Assembly: GCA_964270895.1 (NCBI GenBank)
Contig: OZ185435.1
DNA length: 64,000 nucleotides
Strand: one strand, 5' to 3'
DNA from: Podarcis filfolensis
Taxonomy: Eukaryota
The translations under genes were made by a program, and so were the position numbers. This document shows, piece after piece, positions 53,299 through 64,000 of the stretch. The stretch's first letter is position 1. The number at the start of each line of letters is the position of its first letter. The notes under the pieces were generated by a model that saw nothing but the letters and a program-made list of their open reading frames with translations, searched no databases and was not told the DNA's origin.

Positions 53299-54910
53299 CT
53301 GCCAAAAGCAAAAGGAGCGGATGAAAAGCTGAGAGACGACATGCAGGCAACCACAGTAAAGGGAGCCCCAACGTTAAGCCTAGATGCAAGTGAAAACAGT
53401 TATTCTGCTGCACTGTCTTTTCCACATTAGATAGCATCTATCACTGTATTCAGGGTGCCAATGGAGAAGTGGTCATGACTGGCCCAGGCCATACATGGGT
53501 GAAGGAACCCATGCTTCTGGGCAATCTTGCAGCCTTGAATAACATTTGTAGGTATTCCAGATGAGTGAGTAGTAATCCAACTTCATCAATCAAACCTAAT
53601 GCTTCAGGGAACTGGCTGGCTGCTATAAGGGCCAGGAAGGAATCCCAGCCTTATCCATCACTGCACTTAGATCACTAGTGAAGGCTTTTGGCCTCTCTCT
53701 GGTAGCGTAAGGCTCTGGCCATTCCCCTGAGGTTGAGTATTAAATGTGATGGACTAAGGGCATGATCTGGTTTGGCAGGAAGCAAGACAGTAGATAAAGC
53801 AGAAGAATGATATGTTATGTGGCACAAACTGGCCCCATGGAATAGATAGACCATGGTATGACTTGATGCCATACTTGACAGATCACAATTTTCTTTAGGG
53901 TATGTCTGCATCCTCTCATTCTTGTGTGATCTTAAAACAGTGCAAGGAACTGGTGCAGTCTGAAAGTCATCATTTGTCAAAATGACTGTTTGCTTAGAAC
54001 TGCTTCCTGGTTTATTCATGTGAAAGAGGGCACCTTAAAGATGCATTGAGGAGAGAGAAATGTCTTGCAGTGCCCCTCATCCCAGGCATTTTCATACTAC
54101 CTGATAAGAGTGAGTGCGCCCACAAGATGCTTTCATGTAAAAAATCACATGCAGGAAAGATTTATAACTGTATTTACTCTTGCAGAGAAGAATTTTAAGT
54201 TGCTCCCATAGTCTGGGGCATGTCCATGTCCCATTCATACATAGCCACAGATATAATCTCTGCCACATTATAATTTTTGGGAAAGGACCATAGTTTCAGA
54301 TGCATATCCATGAATAAAATGCAACATGGGAAGTGACACTAATCTGGTATCACTGTAGATGGTGCCTATTCCCAGAATATGTACACGGCTTCATATTACC
54401 AGTGGCGATGCCTTCACGTGAAGGCGTTTGGAGGTTACTCTTCATATAGACTACCCTGACCAAGTGGAGAATCTTCATGTCAGTACTGTATTCTTGGTAG
54501 CCTCTGTGACATGAGTGTGATGACTCTCTGCATAATGAGTGGCTTTCAAATGTAACAGTCTCTATGTGCAGCTGCAGACGTGCTGAAGTATTTCTAGCCT
54601 ATTATGTGAAGTGTGATAACTGACCCCAGCTGTTTGCAGGACAAGGCTGGCACTGGATTAAATGGGTTAGTGCTCGGTTATCCTCTTTTCCTGTTTGGCT
54701 ACAAGTACTGTATTCTGAACAACTGCATTTTTGCTCTATGCCACCACCAACATTGCTTGCCCTTGAAATCAGACATTGAAGGAAAACATGACCACATGTA
54801 ATAGGAACAGAACTGAGGCATGCGGCAGATTTGTGAAGTAACTTGCCCAAAGCCAGAGCAAATTCTTGGCCTCCATAACCAGCACCCTAAACCTGGACCA
54901 TTTTACATAC

Positions 54911-55181
54911 CTTCAAAGAGAAAGGTCTCATTCCAATGTGGGTTTAAATTCTTCCTTTTCACCTTTGTCTCCAGCTTATTTTTTTTATCTGGTAGGAGGT
55001 AAATTTTGACGAAAGGGTCACTTGTGCCACTGAAATCCTTGGCTGGTAGCTCTTGAGCTTTCAATATTTTGACAGTTAGGGTGGATTCCTGGAAATTGTA
55101 GCCAACGCTAAACTGGATCCGGCCCAGGTTTTCTCGGCTGGCACTGTCATGTCCCTCATCATCCTCAGACCCAGGGGAGAG
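54911..55181 (-). CDS. SYT7: SYT7 linker/C2A first exon ([34 protein letters not shown]...[11 protein letters not shown])
   Basis: ctttccttttgcgctacag| and AAG|gtatgt; 271 nt, phase 0-1; not in the ORF track (no ATG), translated manually. Confidence 0.97.
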
Positions 55182-56559
55182 CTGTAGCGCAAAAGGAAAG
55201 AGAGAAAGAGGCAGCCATGAGAGTCTGGGACAGAAGGAGGCTCACTGTCTACATCTGGACATTTTTAAGCACGAGAAACCCACAGGGATTTTCCAAGCCA
55301 GGTCCAGATTAAATCTAGGTAATTGGTGAGAATTTTTCATGGTTTATGTATTACCTGTAAAGGATTTATGTTCAATTACTGCTAGAGAACGTTTTCCTTT
55401 ACAATCCACTTCATCTTAGCCAGTGACTCTGATGGGGAAAAAGAATCTCTGCGCCTCTTTCTCTTCAGAGAGCTCGAGGCCTTTTCAAACTGTCTGCTGT
55501 CCTCAGGTGAGAAACGGCACTTGAAAAATCATTTATCCAATGTAAGTGAGCATTTGAAGGGAAAGGGCTTTGGGAAATTACCACAGGGAGAGATTGGGGG
55601 GGGGGGAGAGATATTGTTAGCACAAGGTCTATTTAATCACAGGCCTAACTAGAAGTGTGCCTGAGGGAGAGGAAATATGCATTCTACTGAAAACAGCAGT
55701 ATATCCTGCTCCTCATTAGTGGAGGGTGCAGCCCCCCATCTTGGAAATACTTCACCCCACTGCCATCGGCCGCGGCTCCAGCCTCCTTGTTATGCATCTC
55801 ACCTTCCAGCTTCTACATTGTCCAGGCCTTCACGTAAGCCCCCCCCCCCCCCCAGCTGCTGAGTCAGGAACTTGCTTGTCTCACCTTCTCTATTTATGAA
55901 GGAGGCTATAGCGCTTCCCCATTCTCAAAGGTCCATATATTGGCAGTGTGGCTGGGAAATGCCACATCTCCATGTTTATGTGCTATGGCCTGTCATAAAA
56001 AAACAAGCAGCTTGCAGCACCGCTGCTACAATTTCAGCTGCTGCTTGCACAGGCTGCTCCTTGCTTCATTTCTCAAGAGACACGTGAGCTTCAGTCCTCC
56101 AGCAGCTCTTTCCCACTCAATCCACGCTCTTGGCATTCTGTTTTATTGCTAACATTAATTAAGCTTTTCTCAATTTAATAACTTAATTGCATTTAGGCCC
56201 TCAGGTCAGTGGTTACACGGAGGCTTTATTCCCACTTTGGCCTTGCATCGGAATCTATAACTTTCTCCAGTTCAAGATGAAAAATTTCTTGCAGCTCAGC
56301 ATGCAAAGAGGTGGAAGGGGTTTGACAACTGCCCGATAAAGAAATGATCCAGATACAGCAAATGAAGGTGCAAGACGTCAACATTCCAATTAGCCTTACA
56401 AATAGTCAATTTAAACAAATGGAAAGTCGGAAATATGATGGTTAACAAACACAGCTCTGACCTGCCTTCCTGCATATAGTCCAAATAAACAAATGTGCTG
56501 AGGACTTCAGAAAATATGTAGGCACAATGAGTGGATCCCTTAAAATATATGCAACTTGC

Positions 56560-56618
56560 CTGAAAGAGCCAGGAACTGTTGCCCTCCTCTGTTTTTCCAG
56601 ACTTCACTGCTGCCAATT
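56560..56618 (-). other. SYT7: Candidate cryptic/alternative 59-nt SYT7 exon with GC donor
   Basis: cattttcttgctaaag| acceptor and CAG|gcaagt consensus GC-type donor; reads NWQQ* in phase 0. Confidence 0.35.
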
Positions 56619-56849
56619 CTTTAGCAAGAAAATGCATATGCACCAACATATGGATGTTGGATATTCGCCAGCATATCCAGTGTGGAAAGACAAATAGCTA
56701 TTAAGGCATTTTCAGAGAGGGAATACTATAATACAGGAGCAATAGCAGAAAATGCTTGTTTGGGGATCACTGTCCTGTGATATTTTTCAGTATGTGGTAC
56801 CGTAAGTAGAATTTCCCTAGATGATCTACAGTAAGTGAATTTACAGGTC

Positions 56850-57020
56850 CATACAAGGGCAGGTGGTCCTGAGCTTGGTCAGAGCTTTATATGTTAACAA
56901 CAAAACCTTGAATGTAGCCTGGTAGGTGATTGCCAGCCAATGCAGTTCTCTCAGCGGAGGTGTAATATGTGTGCACCTCCACTCAGCAACCTGGCTGCAG
57001 CATTTTGCACCGGTAGCAAC
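56850..57020 (-). mobile_element. L2 LINE RT fragment
   Basis: THITPPLRELHWLAITYQATFKVLLLTYKAL. Confidence 0.8.
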
Positions 57021-58169
57021 TTCCAGATCAATCCCAAGGGAAGCAAGTATTGAGGTTTGCAACTATTTTACAGATGAGAAAATGATTTGCAGAATAAAAC
57101 CAAATAGTAAGGTCACTTGCGGCAGAATTACATTATTTATTACTCAATAGAAGACCTCTATGTGGTTAATTTGAATTCTGTACCAAGCTGAGTCCTCAAT
57201 TCTGGATGCTGCAGCACATAGACTAGCTCTTATTAACAACATGGTTTCAGCCTGTATTATTAACTCACTATGACCCAATATGAGAGTTCCAGAAGTATTC
57301 ATTAGTTTACACCTCCCCCCTCCCTGCCATTGATGTGAACTGTTTTGGGGGACAATTTTGTCTGAAAAACAGGCTAAAATAAATATAGGTAATTCTTCCC
57401 TTCAGTCTGGCTTCACAAGAGACCTGGAATCCAAAGGTCTGCAATAAGATGTTGGAAGAGGAGAGGATTTGATTCTCAAATACTTTATGTTTGCTCAGTT
57501 TAACTAAGGGCACGTTGAAAGTTACAACATCTTCAGAAGATTGGAATCCACAGTACACAGGGAAACTAAATGTCTGTGTTGACTCCCACAACAAGGTCAA
57601 TGATTTCCAATTTTAAATCTCACCCCCTTTTGGCAGCTTGCCCTGAATCTTTTCACGTCTCTGAAAGACTTTAAGAAATCTTCAGCTACTATTGTTTTCA
57701 AAGGTTCCTGAATGAATGTGTACTATCCAAAGGCTAGCAAAAGCATGCCCCTGAAGATAGTGTAGACACTTCTATTGGTGCGGAAGTTGAGAGCATATGA
57801 CACTGATTCTGCACCAACCACCAGTGCATTTCCAGGCCTAGTTCAAAGTTCCCTACATAAAAAGGCTCTTCAGGCTTCAGCAATGGCGGGAAATACTCAA
57901 AAGGGATAGACTGCTGCCTAATCAATTAGATGTTTGGAGACGATGAAGTATGAGTAGATAGGGCAAATACACACCATCTCCCCTGGTGTTGCTGTCTGGG
58001 ACTGTTGGCAAACGCAGAGGGTTGTCCTGAGAAGCCCCTTGCAGTAGGAAATAAGGAATCATTAGACTTGCCAGCAATCTGCGGCATACTATTTTGTTTT
58101 AGTGTGTCAAGGAGGAACAGCTTCCCTCCATTTCAATGAGAGGAAGAAAAATGAAAGATAGCAAAAGCT

Positions 58170-58420
58170 AGAAATCCACCTAACAGTTACCTCTTTCAAC
58201 CCACATTTCACCAGCTTCCACATGAGAATACCATGGGGGACTTTGTCAAAAGCCTTACTGAAATCAAGATACACTATGTCCACAGCATTTCCCTGATCCA
58301 CCAAGTTTGTAATTCCATCAAAAATAGAAATCAGATTGGTCTGGCATGACTTATTTTTGAGAAACCCATGCTGGGTCTTGGTAATCACAGCATCCTTTTC
58401 CTAAATGCTCACAAACTGAC
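58170..58420 (-). mobile_element. CR1 LINE RT fragment
   Basis: ITKTQHGFLKNKSCQTNLISIFD.IT.LVDQGNAVDIVYLDFSKAFDKVPH.IL..KL, canonical CR1 RT motif. Confidence 0.95.
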
Positions 58421-60229
58421 TGTTGAATTAGATGTTCCAGGAATGCTTTCCCATCTACAGGATTTTGCAGTGCCATTAGAGGTTTGAAAGAACTTCACAA
58501 TGTCTATCAACAGCAACGCTACTGTAAATCAATAGTAGCACTCCAGAGGAGTTAAGTCAGCTTCTTGAGAAAAACTGCAAGCTCCGTAGGTTCCAAAAAT
58601 GGCGGAGCCTGTGAACAAACGTTACATCAATATTGACTAAAGAAACCATTGATATGAAGCATACAGTAGCAAAAGTGGCCAGGAGCTCAGGTCCAAAATA
58701 TATTTCACAGATGTAATGTGATGAGTTTTTTTTCAATTAGTGATGTAACACCACCACATATTTCTCCACTTCACATTCCACTTCATTAGCTGCCACTTAT
58801 GGGGAAGGGGGTGGGAAGTACAGACCTGTAATGTCACATGCATTCTCCCCAATATACATGCCAGGGCTGCCTATCACCCTTCTTCCTGCAACGTGCACTT
58901 TGGGCTGAAGAGAGGGAAAGAAGCTGAGGAGCTGCCTGATTATCTAGCTCTAGTAGATTTCCTCAAGGACATACCCATGGTCTGAAGTAAGGAGAAAATG
59001 CATATATAGTTAGCAGTGACAACCCCTCTTAGGCTTGCACATTTCACACCTTTCCTAAAGCAGAAGCCCTTTTTAAATTAACCTTTCAAAATGGTCTCAG
59101 CCAGAGGGCAAATGGGACAATCGCTTGCTACACTGAGGAAGACCTCAGATCTGAAGGCGTTTTGGGACTATTCTCCTGTTGGTGTTCCGTTATTCCATAT
59201 ACTTTGCCCTATCAGGTCTCTAGGCTCCTCAGGTGATTATTTTGTCTTCTCTCCAGAGAACATGTCATGATAGTATAGCAGGAAGCTGAATCCTTTACAC
59301 ATTTTAAGGGAATAAATAGTCTCTCTTGGATTTGTTGCCCAGGGCTTGGTGCATTCCAGGGAGCTGTCAGGAAGGATTAAGCTTCCTTCCATCCCTGATA
59401 TCTCTCAAATGGCTCCTGGCTCTGATCCACGTGCTTGCTTCAGCAGGATTGGGGAGGGCCAATTTGATAAATCCTTCCTGACAGCCTGCCTGTCACGTTA
59501 CAGAAGCCACTTCCTCCAGAGCCAGGATGACAGTATGGATTGCCCCTCGCTCAGCGCAGTAGTTCTTGGGACCCTGGGATCTTTGTATCTCCTGCGGATG
59601 AGCGTGGGTGGAAATGAGGCCACAAGAGCAGAGTTAGGGGGACTCAGTTTTAGACAAGAGGGAAGTAGGAATGATGGGTGTCCATTAGATTCCTGGAAGG
59701 ATTGCTGATTACTCAGGAGGCAAAAGATCTTCTCCCAGAGTCTTAATCATCAAAACGGAGATTCATGGATCACAAGGAACAAAGACTCCTGGATCCACTT
59801 TCTTATTAGATACTCAGATGCATCAGCTTCAATCTAGAGGGACAGTGGGGTGGGGGGGTACAGAGAGCCACCCCTTTCAGAAAACCTGCTTAACTCATTT
59901 TCTAACCTTATCTTCCACCCTCTTTTTGAGATGCTGAATAGTTATTAAACCATGACCTACACTTTTAGAGAGACTTTACATGGACAGTCTACTCGACAAT
60001 CCACTCAGGAGGCAAAACAAGTATCAGAAACAGTTCACATGGTACAGCTCAGAGTGTGCAAATTTATCATCTGATGTGACAGGGATAAATCATGCATGTA
60101 AATTGCGCAGAAGACAGGAAATGGACTATAAATGCTATAATAAAATAAGGCATTAATAAGTGGGAGAAATGGAGGGAGCATCAAAGATGCTCCTTGCCTG
60201 TGGTGCCATTTATTGTATGACTGGCCCTG

Positions 60230-60560
60230 CCATCATCATCATCATCAGATTTATATCCCATCCTTTCCCCTGACAGGGACTCAAGACAGCTTGCAGCTAA
60301 AACAGAAACAGCTAAAAACATAGGAAAAAAGCAGTCCTTAAAAAAAAATGTAACACACATACACACAACACATCTATTAAAATGAACAGATCATTACGAT
60401 AAAAACATCACAGCACCAGCCCTTTCCTTAAAAACAGTTCCCCAAAGCCTGTTGGAACAAGAAAGTCTTCACCTGCCAGCAGTAGAACAAGGAGGCCATT
60501 AACTTTGGCTTCCACAGGGCTGTCAGGTTCAGCCTCAGACAGACAGACCTGCAGCTTGAG
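60230..60560 (-). mobile_element. L2-type LINE 3' tail
   Basis: Reversed 3' end: gatttatatcccatcctttc...aaagcctgttggaacaagaaagtcttcacctgcc. Confidence 0.65.
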
Positions 60561-61074
60561 AGCTCCAAGGCAGAGAAGGATCCCTGACCACCAACTGGTA
60601 GGGAGCAGTGGTTGTGGTCTGGCTCGGCTGTGGCAGGTTGGGCCAACCTCCTAGCTTTGGTGTGTACAGGCCTCAACAAAGGTTTATATCTTTGCTTAAA
60701 GCTCATTTGCCAATGTTGGAGAAATGAGAACATTTGTATGCATTCAAAGGAATTATTTCATGTAAATGGCCTAACATTTTTAATGCCTTCTGCATTATGA
60801 GCAATATGGAAGGTGTGTTGTTCCATATTTGCTTCAAGGAAAAGGAATACTGGCTCTTGCAGAACACCTGGGTGTGAAGGTAGTGGTGTGGTGTGTTATG
60901 CTCAGGCCGTGTTAGACTATGAATGTGTCAAATCCACAATAACGTCTCTGTTTTTATCTTGGAGGCTATGGAATTGCAAAAGGGGGGAGACAAGGAGGGG
61001 CCAATGCCTCCTCTTGCCCTTCCCCAGTAATGCCTGGCGTAAATTTGCTTAGTGCATGGAAATCTGCATGATTA

Positions 61075-61250
61075 CATTTTTATCCAAGGAGCTCAAGGTG
61101 GCCTACATGGTTCTCCTCCTTCCCATTTTATCTCCACAACTTCCCTGTGAGGTAGGTTAGGCTAAGAGACAATGATTGGCCCAAGGTCACCCAGTGAGCT
61201 TCATAGCTGATTGGGGATTTGAATCCTGGTTTCCCAGGCTCTACTCTAAC
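61075..61250 (-). mobile_element. MIR-like SINE
   Basis: ccccattttatctccacaacttccctgtgaggtaggttaggct...ggcccaaggtcacccagtgagcttcat...ggatttgaatcctgg. Confidence 0.75.
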
Positions 61251-61914
61251 CATCTTTCTGGCTACAGGAGCTAATATTTTAAAGTGCAGAACCCCATCAC
61301 CTGCTGTATATATAAATGGCAGTTTCTCTCCTGGTGATAGTCATGTTTGAAATCTATTAGTGAAGGATCATATGCACGGTCCCCTCTCCCCCATGTCCAC
61401 AGAGCACAAAGAGAATAAAAGAAAGGGGAAAAAATACATTTCCCCCCTGTCTTTCTGCTGCAGCTATTTGAGACAAGTTGTTGAGATAGATACTGTGTTA
61501 TGTGAACAACACCTCATGTGGGATTCACTACAAAGCCAAACTGAATTGTGTTGTGCATTGTTTAGCACTGGTACTCTGTGTGCTCCTGACAGTGGAGCCT
61601 GGAACATTACCATCTACAAGGACTTGAATAATATGAAGATTAAGGATAGAGTGGAAAAAGGAGACAGAGGGCAAGGAGATAAGAATTATATTAACAGGAA
61701 TGACATTCTGCAGATTGTAAGATGCTATGCCCAGGGAAAAGTCACTTGTTCTATATAAAATAGGGGTCAAAGTTCTTGGAAAGAGGCTGGATTCAGGAGA
61801 AGTGCATCAGGGATTCTGAGGAATTACAGAGGACACTACAAACACAACAATCTGCACATCTCTTGGTGGCAATGAAAGTGAATGCATACCTGCAAGATTC
61901 CTCACCATGCAGCC

Positions 61915-62095
61915 CTGTTTATCTGAAGACAATTTGGAAACTTCAGCTAATCCAAAAATCCTGCACTGCAATATTCCTATCATTGCTGAATTATGAAGAT
62001 TTTATTGGCTGCCAGTTTGTTTCTGTACCAAATACAAGGTGCTAGTGTTGAACTTCAAAGCGCTTTATAGTTTGGGGCTTGGATAACTTAGGGCT
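61915..62095 (+). mobile_element. Degenerate L2 LINE fragment
   Basis: KTIWKLQLIQ followed by attggctgccagtttgt...aaatacaaggtgctagtg (HWLPV..R..YKVLV). Confidence 0.65.
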
Positions 62096-62330
62096 CATTA
62101 GCATGGGTCCAAGACGTTTTCTGCTAGACCCACACTTTCTAGGCACAAATCCAAGTGGTTTTCCCTTGCCCTGCTCTTTTCCAAGGTAAAAACTGCTCTT
62201 TAAAACAGATTGGAACAAATGGCAATCTGGGGGGGAAACTGAATTACTGTTTGCTCCGACCAAGTGCTAAAGAGTGGTTTTTCCCGGGGAAGGCAGCAGG
62301 AAAAGAGAAAGTGTGGATAAAAACTTAAAT

Positions 62331-62787
62331 CAGTGGTTTTCAACCAGTGTGCTGTGGCACCCTGGGGTGCCTTGAATGATGGTCAGGAGTGCCACTGGCA
62401 ACACCAGCCTCTGTCCCTCTTTCCTCCCCTTCTGATGCCCTCTCACATCTCTGCCTCCCAAAGGCTTGCACAGCTGTTTATTACAGCAGCACTAGCTACA
62501 TGCTTTGCAGACAAATGGGGCTTCTGGGAGGCATCTCTCTTGGGGGAGGGGGAGCAGCTCAGGGACCAGGGGCAGCAGAACCAGCTGCCCAGAGGATTCC
62601 CAAGGAGAGGGGAGAGGAGAGGAGGCTGAGGGAAGACTCCCAAGGGAGGGTGTTTGAAAAGGGTGAGAGGCTGCCAGCTCTGCAGGCAAAGGGTGACATA
62701 ACTGGGCTCCTGAGCCCCACAGGGGTGCTGCAGAAAGAAGGTAGTTGGTCAAGGGAGCCATGGACTCAAAAAGGTTGAAAACCTCTG
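62331..62787. mobile_element. Non-autonomous hAT element
   Basis: TIRs CAGTGGTTTTCAACC / GGTTGAAAACCTCTG; TSD acttaaat/ccttaaat. Confidence 0.88.
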
Positions 62788-63539
62788 CCTTAAATTACTT
62801 CCTTTCATACTGAATCCCCCACCCCCTTGTCAGCATTAACTCAGTATGTTCTGTGCTGGGAGCCTTCCCTGTTACAGGTGAGGTTGGCACCTTCTGAGTG
62901 TGGTGCTTTTTTGTTGTGGCATCCCATCTATGTCATGCTCACCCCCATGAGGTCCATGGGAAGATTGTCTTCATAACATAGGTTAAGGCGTTTTTATGGC
63001 ACTGGGTCTTTGGGGAGTGCGTGTGTATGTTAGCATTCAGGGCTGCTCCACATGACCTTTTTTGATTGCAGATGACCTGTTTATTCAGCACTCATCCTTA
63101 TTTGATTGCAAAAGCATTTGTGGTGGTTAGAGTAGATCTGGTCTTTACTAAACATTAATTCTGATTTTTTTACAGGTTGGTTATACGACAGTAGGCATTC
63201 ATCCTGATCTGCTTGTGGGGGTGTTCCCGTTAATCCCTGGGTCATCCAATACTTTAAAATGCATTTCCCCTTCACTTCCCAAATGGGAAAAAGTCCAGGT
63301 TTTCAAAAGAAGCAAATTTGTTGCACTAGGGCAGAAGAGAACTTTAATCTGCTTGAATTGCACCAACCTAAAGTATTGGTATGGGCTTGAATCCCTCCCA
63401 CAAAATTTTGAGCCTGGAGGCACCCTTAGATTTGTATTTTATTATTTTAGTGGTTTATATAGGATTGCTTGAGAACAAGGGTGGGGAAGCCACGCTCCGA
63501 GCACAAGGCTCCCAAAAACTGCTCTTTGTAAGGTTTCCT

Positions 63540-63740
63540 TTGTAAGAGCCCTGCTAGTTCAGGCCAAAGTCCAATCTGGTCCAGCGTCCCGTATTCACAC
63601 TGGGCAGCCAGATGCCTGTGGAAAGCCTGCAAGCAAGACCTGAGTGCAGCAGCACTCTCCCCACTTGTGATTCCCAGCATTCAGAGGCATACTGCCTCTG
63701 TCCATGGAGGTAGAACACAGCCATCAATAGCCTTATCTTC
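63540..63740 (-). mobile_element. CR1 LINE 3' end
   Basis: Reverse-complement relative of 3720-4010 (gtaagagccctgct...ttcagaggcatactgcctct). Confidence 0.75.
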
Positions 63741-64000
63741 CTTTAGGGTTGCATCACATTTTACAAACTTCCTACGGACAAGAATCCTGTGTATACACCA
63801 CCATGTGTGACAATCCTGCACCACATGCATCTTAAGGGGATCAAACATTCAGCTAGGTATCACAAGGTTCCTGCTCCTCCCTATAGCAACTGCACCTTGC
63901 TTCTATAGCATAGCTCTTCCTAGTTCTACCACAAGAGGGCAGCACATGACACTACATTGCCCATCTTTGATGTGAGGGATGCCTTTTTTTATATAGCCTA

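Noticed and set aside
49553-53437. ORF-track proteins 49553-49975, 52652-53068 and 53093-53437 as standalone genes
   Set aside because: They are single SYT7 exons plus intronic run-on; only the spliced cores are real.
54410-54425. Perfect 16-bp palindrome GCCTTCACGTGAAGGC containing an E-box
   Set aside because: About one such palindrome is expected by chance in 64 kb (64000/4^8); no supporting context.
55182-64000. Expected SYT7 linker exon (LPAGGKAV...SEMLM) and upstream alternative exons
   Set aside because: Not found by manual scan of the - strand; presumed to lie beyond the window end.

Overview
Vertebrate genomic DNA. The repeat content (hAT and Tc1/mariner MITEs, L2 and CR1 LINEs, tRNA-derived SINEs, a Copia relic) points to a squamate, probably a lacertid lizard (inference). 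Three genes lie in the same order and orientation as at human 11q12.2. (1) The last eight coding exons of PPP1R32/SAXO4 (+, 291-6974). (2) The single-exon LRRC10B CDS (+, 13482-14366) behind a CpG island. (3) The last five coding exons of SYT7, synaptotagmin-7 (-, 55181 to 38824), encoding both C2 domains; its 5' exons lie beyond the window end. I assembled exons by hand from splice sites and recalled human protein sequences; reading phases are consistent across all junctions. There is a 151-bp N gap at 17350-17500. I found no prokaryotic-type system, CRISPR array or viral ORF, and most ORF-track entries are noise. The best leads are all untested: a cryptic SYT7 exon with a consensus GC donor that could give truncated or TM-less isoforms, a non-canonical expanded-spacer REST/RE1 site downstream of the SYT7 stop, an internally scrambled Ty1/Copia relic, a possible 7-kb SYT7 3' UTR with alternative polyadenylation, and a uORF abutting the LRRC10B start.
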